Shown here piece by piece: positions 1 through 9,645 of a stretch of DNA of 64,000 bases. The DNA lies in IMG/VR virus record IMGVR_UViG_3300032356_000182, positions 31,739 to 95,738 of that record. One strand, written 5' to 3'. The DNA is from a virus. The notes beneath the pieces are model-generated. The model saw only the letters and a program-made list of their open reading frames with translations, had not been told where the DNA came from and searched no databases. How positions within the stretch are numbered: position 1 is the first letter of the stretch; every line of letters starts with the position of its first letter. A program made the position numbers and the translations under genes.

Positions 1-244
1 CTAACGGAGGTATAAGATGTGCGTTTCTTTGTCTCTAGATGAGATCAGATGAGGATGGTGGATGAGCGCTAGGTTTTGTTATGTTAGCAGGTTGGACGAG
101 CATTAGAAGGTTTTGTGGAGGAAGGAGATGAGATATGGGAGAAGATAATGAGTTTGCGGCTTGTTTTGTTATAGCGTTGGCGGTTTTGGTTATTCTCGCT
201 TGCGTTGCTGTTTTAGCAGGTTATCCATATTAAAGAGGTTAAAG

Positions 245-667
245 ATGTATAGAATACTACTTATTATCGCTGTGCTGTTGGTTGTGAATCTAGGCTTCAA
301 TTTGTATGTTACTCAGGCAGCGGGTCCATTTGAAGATTGGTCTATGTGGAAGGTGATGCAATCTATACCTGGTTGTGGCGCCGGATGGCCTGGTTTCTTC
401 GGCAGCCCACGTTCTGGTCCTGGATATAATGCTTGGGGGTATAACTACTTTAATCCGTATGCTGGTCCACCAATGCCACCTGCTGGCCGCTACATTCCCG
501 GCACGTTGGGGTTTTATAATCCTCATTCTGGTCCTGGTGGAATGGGTGATGGCTGGGATGGCGCTCTACATCCATTCCCATTCGTGTCAGGGGCTTTTAG
601 CCTTTATGGTGGAGTTTATGGTCTGGGCGACCCGGCCGGCTGGCGATTGTATGGCGGCTGGAACTGA
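245..667 (+). CDS. Secreted/membrane-anchored Gly-Pro-aromatic-rich protein
   Basis: ATG 245 after AAGAGG; hydrophobic N-terminus MYRILLIIAVLLVVNLG then low-complexity G/P/W/Y/F sequence. Confidence 0.6.
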   Translation: MYRILLIIAVLLVVNLGFNLYVTQAAGPFEDWSMWKVMQSIPGCGAGWPGFFGSPRSGPGYNAWGYNYFNPYAGPPMPPAGRYIPGTLGFYNPHSGPGGMGDGWDGALHPFPFVSGAFSLYGGVYGLGDPAGWRLYGGWN

Positions 668-854
668 GGCGAAGATCTAGAGACACTAGTTATATCGTAT
701 ATCTTGAGAGGAGAGCAGCATCTATGCGAGTATACATAACACGTGAGATGGATTTCACGGATTATTAACCTTAGTAAATCAGTGCAAACCGGAGAGGGAG
801 GGCATTTTAGGCTTATGTTGCTATATGGCTAAGAAGATGTGAGACTTTGTCATC

Positions 855-1325
855 GTGATGAAATCTACGAGGGGTGTGCGTGGAACCATCACCGTAGAGC
901 GAAATTTCGGGTTTGGAAAACCACTAAGCGGTTGTGGAAGATTGTCTGACGAAACGCTAAACTTAGGATTATGGAGGAGGCCTCGTAAAATGGGAAAAGA
1001 TGTTGTTGTTACAGCTTCGGTTCGCATGGATGACTTATCTGATATTCTGTATGTAGGAGATTTGTTTCTAATCTTGAAAAATTGGAGCAAGCCTGCGTTG
1101 GTGGAATTGAAATCTTGGCTTGATGATTTTTTGGCTAACTGGGATGATGCGGGAGAATCTCTTGCTGAGGATGCGAGAAGTCAAGATTATGATCTTGACG
1201 AGATAGCCAGTTTGTTAACGCTCGATGATATTTGTGACCTGCTCGAGAGGCTGAAACCTCGGCAGCAGGAATTTGTTTATACTTGGATGAAGCATAGTTT
1301 TGCTGGGCTCGATCGTGGGAATTGA
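855..1325 (+). CDS. Hypothetical phage protein
   Basis: 156-aa ORF in the sense orientation; true start may be ATG 989. Confidence 0.5.
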   Translation: MMKSTRGVRGTITVERNFGFGKPLSGCGRLSDETLNLGLWRRPRKMGKDVVVTASVRMDDLSDILYVGDLFLILKNWSKPALVELKSWLDDFLANWDDAGESLAEDARSQDYDLDEIASLLTLDDICDLLERLKPRQQEFVYTWMKHSFAGLDRGN

Positions 1326-1378
1326 TTGTTTCGTGGCGTTTTCTTGTGAAATTTGTGTGAAATTTGTCTCTAAACATC

Positions 1379-1407
1379 TTGGCAAAAATCGGGTTTTGTA
1401 TTATAAT
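1379..1407 (+). promoter_or_regulatory. Sigma70-type promoter TTGGCA-N17-TATAAT
   Basis: Near-consensus hexamers with 17-bp spacer, preceded by a TGTGAAATTTG direct repeat and followed by a GGAGGAGG RBS. Confidence 0.65.
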
Positions 1408-1451
1408 GTAGATGTAGAATAGATAGTGAAGGGAGGAGGAGATAGAATAGA

Positions 1452-1704
1452 ATGATGGACGAGCGCTGGTTTGCAAGGCGGCCTGAAGGCTGCCGGACGT
1501 GTGGCGGCCACGGCGGGGGGGCCATACGAAGCCTGCCCCGACTGCGCGGAGCGGGGTAACTGCCCCCGCTGTGGCACGGGGTGGGATTGCCACGAGTTCA
1601 ATTCGTGGTTCTGCAATGACAAGCCGTGCCCGGCTTGCGGGTGGGACCACGAACGCGGGGCCGACGACGTGGCGATGACCCTTTACGGGGACGAGGAGGA
1701 TTGA
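1452..1704 (+). pseudogene. Cys-rich zinc-finger protein (CxxCGGHG...CPDC...CPRC...CPAC) split by a frameshift in a G7 run
   Basis: ATG 1452 behind a strong RBS reads MMDERWFARRPEGCRTCGGHGGG; the remaining CxxC pairs are in the +1 frame after G7 at 1515-1521. Confidence 0.6.
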
Positions 1705-2054
1705 TGCAGATTCTAGTTTCTCGCAAATTGGTTGAAACGATAATCCGGAAAAGCTTTCCAGATTATCGTGGTAGGAAGGTGAAATTCCAAATTTCACCTA
1801 CGGTTACGTTTATGAATACCAACTGGACTGGAGGGTCAAAGAATGAGTATGTGGCTCTCCGAGCTGATGGGGCTTGGGCCCGCTTGGACATCTATGCTCC
1901 CTGGGCTAATCCAGTTGAGGGCCAGATCGTGGATCTTCCGAAAGATATTCTAGTTGTTGAGAGGAAGTTTTTTTGCGGGAAGGACGCGGGAGTCACCATC
2001 TGGGCAAATCCGCAGAATTTGCCCAAGTGGCTGCCAGAAACGACTAACAGTTGA
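1704..2054 (+). CDS. Hypothetical phage protein
   Basis: ATG 1704 overlaps the upstream TGA; GAGGAGG RBS. Confidence 0.65.
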   Translation: MQILVSRKLVETIIRKSFPDYRGRKVKFQISPTVTFMNTNWTGGSKNEYVALRADGAWARLDIYAPWANPVEGQIVDLPKDILVVERKFFCGKDAGVTIWANPQNLPKWLPETTNS

Positions 2055-2310
2055 CATTCTTGAGAAAAGACTTGCTGGGGGGAACCTCGGCATAGGATTC
2101 CTTCGTATGTGCTCGATTTATCGCATATCATTAGTGGGCATATCAAGGCTTAATCCCGTATAATGGTTTGCTGAGGCTGCAAGAAGAAACCTACCCCTAG
2201 AGTTTAGGTATGCTTTGAGATGAGGGTGAAGGAGAGAGGGGAGCCAGATTATCTTCCGAGGATCGCTCAAGAGATGATTGGGTGGTAGCGACAGATGAGA
2301 GGAGAAGGAG

Positions 2311-2757
2311 ATGTTAGGGATAAAGAAACAGAAGGATGAGGCGACGACTGTTCGGGAATTTATGGAAGCTCTTGAGAAAAAGATTAAGAGCTGCGCTGAG
2401 GCTGCGGAAGATGCATTTGCGAGGGCTCTCAAGCGTGGCATTACAGAGGGAATCCGCTCATCTCACTTCGCTTTGTCTTATGAGACAGAGAAAGAGGTTT
2501 GGGGTGAGCTCGAGGTGTATCTGAATGGTGCGATTAAGCAGGAAGGTGAGACGATTAAGGCTTTGAGAAAGGGGTATGCCGCTTTTGAGCGTCGCATGTT
2601 AGAGCGGGTATTGTATAACGAGCCGGCTTCTGGATCAATTGACCCGGTCTCTGCTGGGGTGGACGCTCTGATTCAAGAGATCTATAAGAGGATGTTGCGA
2701 AACGACTTGAAGATCTTAGGCGATTCGCTATCAGAAGCAGAAGGGAAAGGTGATTGA
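2311..2757 (+). CDS. Hypothetical protein
   Basis: AAGGAG RBS, 148-aa helical ORF. Confidence 0.65.
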   Translation: MLGIKKQKDEATTVREFMEALEKKIKSCAEAAEDAFARALKRGITEGIRSSHFALSYETEKEVWGELEVYLNGAIKQEGETIKALRKGYAAFERRMLERVLYNEPASGSIDPVSAGVDALIQEIYKRMLRNDLKILGDSLSEAEGKGD

Positions 2758-3709
2758 GATGGGACTGTCAGAAAGCGAGCGGACTAGGAAGATTGTTGAG
2801 GGAGCAATACTGATTGCTCCTCTGATTAGGGATTTGCCAGATAAGATGTGGGGCGGTGAGTTTCAAATTCGCCGAAGTGAGCTCCAGGACAGGTTTGAGA
2901 AAATCTGTCGGTTTATTGTGCGGCGGAACTCTAATCCGCTATTTTGGTTGACTGGGAGTCAGGTTGGGGCAAGGTTTAAGGATGAACCTTGCTGGAATCC
3001 TTGGCAGGTAGCAGCGCTGATGAGCTTCCAAAGCTATGAGAAGCTTGACTGCGCGAGCAAGTATGATCTAAATGAGCTTCTTGGACAGGGTTTCGACCCT
3101 TGGCTAAAGTCTTATCATAAAATCTATACGCTGTTAGAGTTTATGCTCTATGGTTTGCAGCGGTATGATGACGCATTCAGGACAGATCTAGGGAATTTGG
3201 AAGCGGCTATTTCCGAGATGATGGTTTTCATGTCTTGCGCTATGCTTGATAGCAGCGCATATCAGAAAGCCTATCTTATCAGTTTGATATTTGAAGATAT
3301 TCGAACAGCTTGCGGACTGCCTTCGGAGGTAGTAAAAGCGCTTGAGGATCTTGGGCCGGGCCAGTCTGTTTGGTTTATTCCGACTGAAGTATTATTGAAG
3401 ATGCATGTTAGTTTGCAGGATACTCGTTCAGCCAAAGAGAAAACACGGGAAGCTCTCTTGGCTGCTGCTGTTCTTAGCGGAGGTCGGCTTCATCGGCTGG
3501 ATATTCTCAAAGAGTATCATGAAGCGTGTGCGTTGTCTCGGGAGTTGGAGGCTAAACAGCGCAATGAAAAGAATGATTTGTTGATGGATGATCTTGCGCT
3601 AGAGAAGGCATATCATTCGTTTGTTCTAACAGGAGAATGGCCAGAAAGAGCTAGCAAAGATGAGACTTGGAGAGGAGAAGTTCTCCAAAAGAGAGGTGCA
3701 GGAGTTTGA
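2750..3709 (+). CDS. Hypothetical protein
   Basis: 319-aa ORF overlapping the upstream gene. Confidence 0.7.
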   Translation: MIEMGLSESERTRKIVEGAILIAPLIRDLPDKMWGGEFQIRRSELQDRFEKICRFIVRRNSNPLFWLTGSQVGARFKDEPCWNPWQVAALMSFQSYEKLDCASKYDLNELLGQGFDPWLKSYHKIYTLLEFMLYGLQRYDDAFRTDLGNLEAAISEMMVFMSCAMLDSSAYQKAYLISLIFEDIRTACGLPSEVVKALEDLGPGQSVWFIPTEVLLKMHVSLQDTRSAKEKTREALLAAAVLSGGRLHRLDILKEYHEACALSRELEAKQRNEKNDLLMDDLALEKAYHSFVLTGEWPERASKDETWRGEVLQKRGAGV

Positions 3710-3758
3710 GCGTCTTGTCAGCTTTTCCGAACAACTAGAAAACTAGGAGGCTACATCG

Positions 3759-3944
3759 ATGGATAAGGAGCTTCTGTCATTTGACAGATGGTTAGCCTGT
3801 GTCTATGACTTGATAGATCTATACTATCGTTTGGCTGTGAAGTTTCATCAGGAAATTCCTTGGCAGGAATATTACGATAGAAAGCTTTCTCCAGCAAATG
3901 CTTGTTTAGAAGCGATGAAAGATGGCTTTTTGAAGGGAGGTTAG
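3759..3944 (+). CDS. Small hypothetical protein
   Basis: AGGAGG RBS, 61 aa. Confidence 0.6.
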   Translation: MDKELLSFDRWLACVYDLIDLYYRLAVKFHQEIPWQEYYDRKLSPANACLEAMKDGFLKGG

Positions 3945-3952
3945 TTATCTTT

Positions 3953-3981
3953 TTGAAGTTTTTTAGTTTTTTGATTATAAT
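3953..3981 (+). promoter_or_regulatory. Sigma70-type promoter TTGAAG-N17-TATAAT
   Basis: Consensus -10 and 17-bp spacer in an AT-rich intergenic gap. Confidence 0.55.
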
Positions 3982-4030
3982 TTAGTTGAAGATCTGCAGC
4001 TTATTGTTTCATTTCATTGGAGGGTAAACT

Positions 4031-4207
4031 ATGCCTAGCAAGAAAGATACGATACCTAATGAGCAGGAAATTGATCCTAGAGATAGGTTTTTCTGGGGCG
4101 ATGGTGATTTGCTTATCATTGATCCAGAAACCGGGGAAGAGATGTCGCTAGAGGACTATCTCGAAGGCTTGGAAGAAAAAGAAGAGGAGGAAGAGGAGGA
4201 AGAGTGA
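4031..4207 (+). CDS. Small very acidic protein (58 aa, not in ORF track)
   Basis: GGAGGG RBS; MPSKKDTIPNEQEIDPRDRFFWGDGDLLIIDPETGEEMSLEDYLEGLEEKEEEEEEEE*. Confidence 0.7.
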   Translation: MPSKKDTIPNEQEIDPRDRFFWGDGDLLIIDPETGEEMSLEDYLEGLEEKEEEEEEEE

Positions 4208-4210
4208 CAG

Positions 4211-4408
4211 ATGAAATTTGAGTATACAGAAGAAGAAGTAACAGAAGCTATACAGAATGGAACGCTTTTTGAACTTCGTTCTGTACAAGAAGGAAATACA
4301 ATCGTCACTAAGCTAGAGCCTGTTAGTGATTTGTCTCGTGTTTCTTCGGTTGTGGCTTGTCCTTGGTTTTATGTTATTCTAGAGAAAGGACGCCAAAGTT
4401 CTGTTTAA
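4211..4408 (+). CDS. Small hypothetical protein
   Basis: 65-aa ORF starting 3 bp after the upstream stop. Confidence 0.55.
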   Translation: MKFEYTEEEVTEAIQNGTLFELRSVQEGNTIVTKLEPVSDLSRVSSVVACPWFYVILEKGRQSSV

Positions 4409-4436
4409 TTTCTTTTTATCAATCTTCATGATTAGG

Positions 4437-4466
4437 GAACAGCACAGTTAGCTAACTGTGCTGTTC
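4437..4466. repeat. Perfect 30-bp palindrome (hairpin/operator)
   Basis: GAACAGCACAGTTAGCTAACTGTGCTGTTC is its own reverse complement. Confidence 0.85.
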
Positions 4467-4494
4467 ATCGTTTTTGCAGGAGTTCCGATGACAG

Positions 4495-6492
4495 ATGACA
4501 AGAGATTCTCATAGTTTTTTTCGCGAATGGCTTTCTTCTAGTTTAACGAAGAGCTTAGGAGGTTTAGGCTCTGGTCATTATGCTCATGCGGGGCGTCCAG
4601 GTTTACGAGGAGGATCAGCGCCTAGTAGAAAAAAAGCTACCATATCTGGAGAAAATCACCCAGCAGCAGATATTCGAATTGTTATCGGGAAATCTGAGCA
4701 TCTTCCAGAAGACAAGCGGTCGTCGAGTAAGCGCCAAGCTTTGGCTAAAACTATAAGAGATATGTTGTTTAGTATTAATCCGGCTTATTTGCAAGGATTG
4801 AGAAAGATAACAACAGATCCTCTTCCAGGTCAAGGAGAGTGGCCTCGCGATATAGGCGGATACTATACTCAATATGCTGATATTCATTTGAATGTTGCAG
4901 CCCTCTCTGGCGAAGACGAGGAGGAAGATATCAGACAAATTCTTTTGCATGAGATTGGCCATCATGTGACACTTCGGCTTGGTCAGAAAGATCCGAAAGA
5001 TTATGCTGGTCTTCGTGATATATGTTATCTGGATAGTAAAGATACGGTTTTCACGCAGCGGAAGCTAGATAGTTTTAAGAAAACCGTCCCTCTTGAGAAA
5101 GATGCTGCTGAAGACTATCTAATTGATTTTGGTTTGCGTCCTTATTCTCTAACGAATAGATTAGAGTTTGCCGCTGATGTTTTTGCTGTGATGATGCTTG
5201 GCGACCCTCTCAGGAAGACAAATCTGGCAAAGATGCTTGGCTTTGATAATCTAGAAGGTATCTTTCGTGTTGATGTTCCTCTATCAGGATATGGTCTTCC
5301 GAAGGTGGTTAAGAAGTATGAGCCTCAGATAGATGATTTAGGAGAGCTTGTTTCTTCAGTTTTGGCTCTCGGCGGCCCCGGTTCAGGCTTTCATGGCCAT
5401 GCGGGTCGTCCTGGTAAAAGAGGAGGCTCCGCTCCTAGAAGTGACTTCGCTAATGCATCTGATGAAAAGGAATTTAGAGATTTAGTTTTTAGGGAAAGAA
5501 GGTCGAAAGAGTCTAAAAAGTCTTATGAGTTTGAAAAGAACAAGCATGATTTTAGAGTTTTACTGAAGCTTATTGATGATAGTGGGGGTCGAGATTTTCA
5601 TCAGCAAGTTGCAGATTGGGGCAGATATGAAGGTCGTCTGTCTCCAGAGCGCGAGGAGATGCGGAGAAGTCTTGCTAATTGGGAATCTAAATTCCATCTT
5701 GATATATCTAGATTGCTAAATGGAAAGATTGCTGACGACTCTCAGCTTACGGCGTATGGAAGTATAAGTGAAGCTGAGCGGGATATCTCTGGTCTGGACG
5801 CTGCGTTTAGGGAAGCTCCTTCTCTGCCTCATGGCATAATTGTTAGAAGAGGATTGATGGCCGCATCTAAGGCGGCGGCTACTTTTTTGAGTGCAAAGCC
5901 TGAAGATCTTGTAGGGAAGATTTTGCTGTGTAAATCGTTTGTTAGTACTACGATAAGCAAAGATGTTGTTAGGGATTTCTCTCGAGCTGGCTTGTTGGGG
6001 ACGAAAACGGTCACTTTTAATATTAAAGTCCCGGCTGGTGAGAAATTCATTGCAGTGTCTAGTGCCGAATCTGAGATTCTGTTAGATCGAAATCTGCAGT
6101 TTGAGATTGAAGATTTTTCGATTACTTCTGGAGAATATCAGGAATACAACTATACGCTAAAGGTTGTCCGAGGAAAAATTCCAGATATTGAGCTTTCTGA
6201 GCCAGCTGTTTTCCTCGGCGGTCCTGGATCAGGTTATCACGGTCATGCTGGCCGCCCCTCTTTCCAGGGCGGTCCTGCTCCGAGAGGTGTTGGATTCGTA
6301 GAAGAGAGAGAAGAACAGGCACCTTATTCTGAAAAGCAGCCAGCTTTGTCTAAGCCTAGTGTATTGGATGATTTTAGAGATGTTTTGAAAGCTTCTTTGC
6401 TCGTGAGGCTCAGAGCTTGTAAGCCGAATAGTCGTCTGGCTCGGAGATTAAGAAAGATATCAACCTGCCTTGATGCGGCAGAGGAAAGGTAA
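4495..6492 (+). CDS. Tagged effector polyprotein 1: tag-HExxH metallopeptidase-tag-R-S-E ADP-ribosyltransferase-degenerate tag-basic tail
   Basis: Tags at 4555, 5368, 6214; LLHEIGHH; IIVRRG / FVSTT / ESEILL (VIP2/C3-like ART triad). Confidence 0.85.
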   Translation: MTRDSHSFFREWLSSSLTKSLGGLGSGHYAHAGRPGLRGGSAPSRKKATISGENHPAADIRIVIGKSEHLPEDKRSSSKRQALAKTIRDMLFSINPAYLQGLRKITTDPLPGQGEWPRDIGGYYTQYADIHLNVAALSGEDEEEDIRQILLHEIGHHVTLRLGQKDPKDYAGLRDICYLDSKDTVFTQRKLDSFKKTVPLEKDAAEDYLIDFGLRPYSLTNRLEFAADVFAVMMLGDPLRKTNLAKMLGFDNLEGIFRVDVPLSGYGLPKVVKKYEPQIDDLGELVSSVLALGGPGSGFHGHAGRPGKRGGSAPRSDFANASDEKEFRDLVFRERRSKESKKSYEFEKNKHDFRVLLKLIDDSGGRDFHQQVADWGRYEGRLSPEREEMRRSLANWESKFHLDISRLLNGKIADDSQLTAYGSISEAERDISGLDAAFREAPSLPHGIIVRRGLMAASKAAATFLSAKPEDLVGKILLCKSFVSTTISKDVVRDFSRAGLLGTKTVTFNIKVPAGEKFIAVSSAESEILLDRNLQFEIEDFSITSGEYQEYNYTLKVVRGKIPDIELSEPAVFLGGPGSGYHGHAGRPSFQGGPAPRGVGFVEEREEQAPYSEKQPALSKPSVLDDFRDVLKASLLVRLRACKPNSRLARRLRKISTCLDAAEER

Positions 6493-6686
6493 TCAATCTT
6501 TTGAGGAAACAGCAGATGATCTAGAAAATCAACTCGGTCAAGCTAAAAATCTGAAAAACCATAAGCCAAAATCAGAATAGAGCGATTTTTTAGTCTTTAG
6601 ACATGCTTATTTTCAAGCTGTTGTTTTATTTGATTGCCTTAAAACTAGATCTTTAAGAAAAATCTAAAAGGAAATAAAAATAAGTT

Positions 6687-6908
6687 ATGTCTTCATCTTG
6701 CGATAATGGATTTATAGGTTGTCCATCTTCTAATTGTCCGCGGGATAAATTAGCTAGACTCGGGCTTGTTAGAAATAAGCCGGGCATCTATCTCTGGTGC
6801 AAAAACTGTCACCGAGAGATAGGCTTTACTTTTGCGGAGCTCTTAGCTAGATTTGAGACTGATGATTATATTGAAGAAAAAGCTAGCGAGCTTTCTAGGC
6901 GTTTTTGA
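6687..6908 (+). CDS. Small zinc-ribbon protein, Mu Com-like
   Basis: CPSSNC...GIYLWCKNCHREI pattern resembles Com-family zinc fingers. Confidence 0.55.
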   Translation: MSSSCDNGFIGCPSSNCPRDKLARLGLVRNKPGIYLWCKNCHREIGFTFAELLARFETDDYIEEKASELSRRF

Positions 6909-6978
6909 TAGGTTTGCTATGAGAGAGGAAAGAATTGATTTGAAATCAAATATTCTAACTTAAGATGTTTCGAGGGTT

Positions 6979-9642
6979 GTGTATATGAAAAGACGGGAAT
7001 ATGTCGTTGAAAGTCTTGCCCAGAGGATTTCTATCAAGCTTTTGAAAAAACTTGGAGGTCCTGGTTCAGGTCATCACGGTCATGCAGGAAGACCTGGTAA
7101 GCGTGGTGGCCCTGCTCCTTCTTCTGGAGGTGCCTCTATCGGTGTATCTGATGGCAAAGAATATGAAGATTTGGCTTTCAGAGATAGAAAGCCAGGAGAA
7201 TCTGAGCAATCTTATGAATCTGATAAACATAAGCATAATGTTGATGTCCAGCTGAAGCTTGTTGAGGACAGCGACAGTCTAGATTTTCATCGGCGGGTAG
7301 TCTGGGGTGAAGGTAGGGATGATCTGTCTCAAGAATATAAAGAGATACAAGAAGGAATTATCAATTGGCAAAGTGAGTGTCATCTTGATATAGGTAGATT
7401 CTTAAGTGGGGAGATTGAAGATGACTCCCAGCTTAGCGTTTACGACAGTATAGATGAGCTTCGGGAGGACATCTCTAGATTGGATCTCGCATTTGAGAAA
7501 GCTCCTTCCTTGCCTTATGGTGTAGTTGTTAGAAGAGGATTAGTTAGTTCTTCTGGGCTCGCTTCTCTCCTCTTGAGCAGAAATCCAGAGGATCTTGTCG
7601 GAAAGGTTCTGTTTTGCAGATCTTTTATCAGCACTTCAATTGATAAGGATATTGCTGATCTTTTCTCCCAGACCTCTCTATCCAAAGGAGACAAAACAGT
7701 TACTTTTAGTATCAAAGTGCCGGCTGGAGAGAAGTTTATAGTCTTGGCTAACGACGAGCTTGAGATTCTGCTGAATCGAGATTTACGATTTGAGATTGAG
7801 GGTTGTTCTATCATTCCGGGGGAATATGAGAAATATGAGTATCAGCTTAAGGTTGTTCGAGAGAAACCTCCAGACATCAAATTTTCTGAACGAGTGCTAG
7901 CTCTAGGAGGTCCTGGTTCAGGATTTCATGGTCATGCTGGTCGCCCTGGTAAACGTGGTGGCTCTGCTCCGTCAAGTGGTATTAGTAAACTATTCTCAAT
8001 CGTGCTTAAGGATCGGAAGACAGCTGAATCAATTATAAGCAATGAGTTAAAAGCAAGTTATTACGATTTAGACTGCGATTTAGACTCATTTTTGAAATCT
8101 TTTGAGAAGCTAATTGAAGATGTTGTTGACAAGCTTTCGCGGGAATATTTCGAAGGTGTTAGCAAGATAACATTTGATCCACCGGAGGGATTTAAGTGGC
8201 TTACTAGTACAGAGGGCATGACTTCTCTTGGTATCTATGACGTTTTTCGACAAAGTATTCATCTAAATCCTGTGCTTTTGCTCCCGTTTTATCGAGATAA
8301 AGCTCAAAAGGTTTTTGTTCATGAGCTGGGCCATCATGTTACAGACAATACTGGAAAGATAGCGAAAGATCTAGTTTCAGAAAAAGTGAATCCTTCAGTG
8401 GATGATACTGTATTTAATGATGATGTGCTGCATGAGTTACATGGGTTTTATTTAGTTTCCGGTCCTGGAAGCTTGAATAGGCTAGGTTTGCGAGAGTATT
8501 CGTTTTATTCAAAAGATGAGCTTGCTGCCGATGTTTTTATGACGTGGGCTCTTGGCTCTGAGTCTCAAAAAGAGGCTCTGGCCGAATTCTTGAAGGTAGG
8601 TTCCTTAGATGATCTCTTTGCGAAATCAAAGGCGATGAAATTGGCAGATGCTGTTGTTAAACTGCCAGTGAAAAAGTTAGGAGGTCCTGGTTCAGGTCAT
8701 CACGGTCATGCAGGAAGACCTGGTAAGCGTGGTGGCTCTGCTCCTTCTTCTGGGATGAGAATATCTGAAAAGAATGTTGCTGAAGAAAGTCAAGATATGG
8801 GGGCTGAATTAGTTAAGCAAGTTCCAGTTTTTTATGGATTCTCTGGCATTAGAGAATTTGTAGAAAAGATTGCTTCAGCAGGTGTGAAGTTTCATACTAA
8901 TTTGTTTCCATCGAATTCAACTTTTATAAATTATTTGAGATATGCTGGAGTTGACTTATCTGAGTGCATGTCCGAAGAGATGGAAGTAAATGGTGAATAC
9001 CATCAAACGCTAAGAGCTTGCAAGATTAGAGGTATGCTTGCTCTAGATGAAGCGCTATCTGAAGTAAATCCTGACGTTTCCACTGGCAGATATGGTGTTG
9101 GAGATAGCATTCAGGTTCAGTGGACGAGGCATTCAACTGATGAAGGGAATTTTATTGATGCTTTTCAAACCCTTTCAGCTGAGGAGCAAGGTGTCCCTAT
9201 CAGAAGTCGAAGAGCGAAGCATGGTTCTAGCAAGTTTAAGGATAGCGCTACTGATACTGATTGGAAAATGGCTAAGGTCGCTTATGAAAGCGTTAAGAGA
9301 AGAACTCAAGAATTTTTCGAATCGAAGGGCTATGATCCTGAAGATGAAGTTTTGATTTTTAGAGGACAAGGACAAGGGCAATTTCAGGGTAAAGATATCA
9401 AAAACGGTAGCTATATCAAGTGGGAAGATATTGATTTGCATCCTCTGTCTTCCTGGTCTTTTAATCCTGCTACCGCGTATTCTTTTGCAGATGGTGGCAA
9501 TGGAGTTGTTATGGTAGCAACTATAAAAGTAAAAGATATCATAAACTATTCAATCACAGGATGGGGCTGCATCAATGAGGAAGAGGTGATTGCTCCGTGC
9601 AGTAAGCTAAGAAATATGCGTGTTATCTATGGGAGGCAGTAG
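6979..9642 (+). CDS. Tagged effector polyprotein 2: tag-ART-tag-HExxH metallopeptidase-tag-divergent ART
   Basis: Tags at 7051, 7903, 8677; VVVRRG/FISTS/ELEILL; FVHELGHH; LIFRGQ/LSSWS/EEEVI. Confidence 0.85.
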   Translation: MYMKRREYVVESLAQRISIKLLKKLGGPGSGHHGHAGRPGKRGGPAPSSGGASIGVSDGKEYEDLAFRDRKPGESEQSYESDKHKHNVDVQLKLVEDSDSLDFHRRVVWGEGRDDLSQEYKEIQEGIINWQSECHLDIGRFLSGEIEDDSQLSVYDSIDELREDISRLDLAFEKAPSLPYGVVVRRGLVSSSGLASLLLSRNPEDLVGKVLFCRSFISTSIDKDIADLFSQTSLSKGDKTVTFSIKVPAGEKFIVLANDELEILLNRDLRFEIEGCSIIPGEYEKYEYQLKVVREKPPDIKFSERVLALGGPGSGFHGHAGRPGKRGGSAPSSGISKLFSIVLKDRKTAESIISNELKASYYDLDCDLDSFLKSFEKLIEDVVDKLSREYFEGVSKITFDPPEGFKWLTSTEGMTSLGIYDVFRQSIHLNPVLLLPFYRDKAQKVFVHELGHHVTDNTGKIAKDLVSEKVNPSVDDTVFNDDVLHELHGFYLVSGPGSLNRLGLREYSFYSKDELAADVFMTWALGSESQKEALAEFLKVGSLDDLFAKSKAMKLADAVVKLPVKKLGGPGSGHHGHAGRPGKRGGSAPSSGMRISEKNVAEESQDMGAELVKQVPVFYGFSGIREFVEKIASAGVKFHTNLFPSNSTFINYLRYAGVDLSECMSEEMEVNGEYHQTLRACKIRGMLALDEALSEVNPDVSTGRYGVGDSIQVQWTRHSTDEGNFIDAFQTLSAEEQGVPIRSRRAKHGSSKFKDSATDTDWKMAKVAYESVKRRTQEFFESKGYDPEDEVLIFRGQGQGQFQGKDIKNGSYIKWEDIDLHPLSSWSFNPATAYSFADGGNGVVMVATIKVKDIINYSITGWGCINEEEVIAPCSKLRNMRVIYGRQ

Positions 9643-9645
9643 GAA

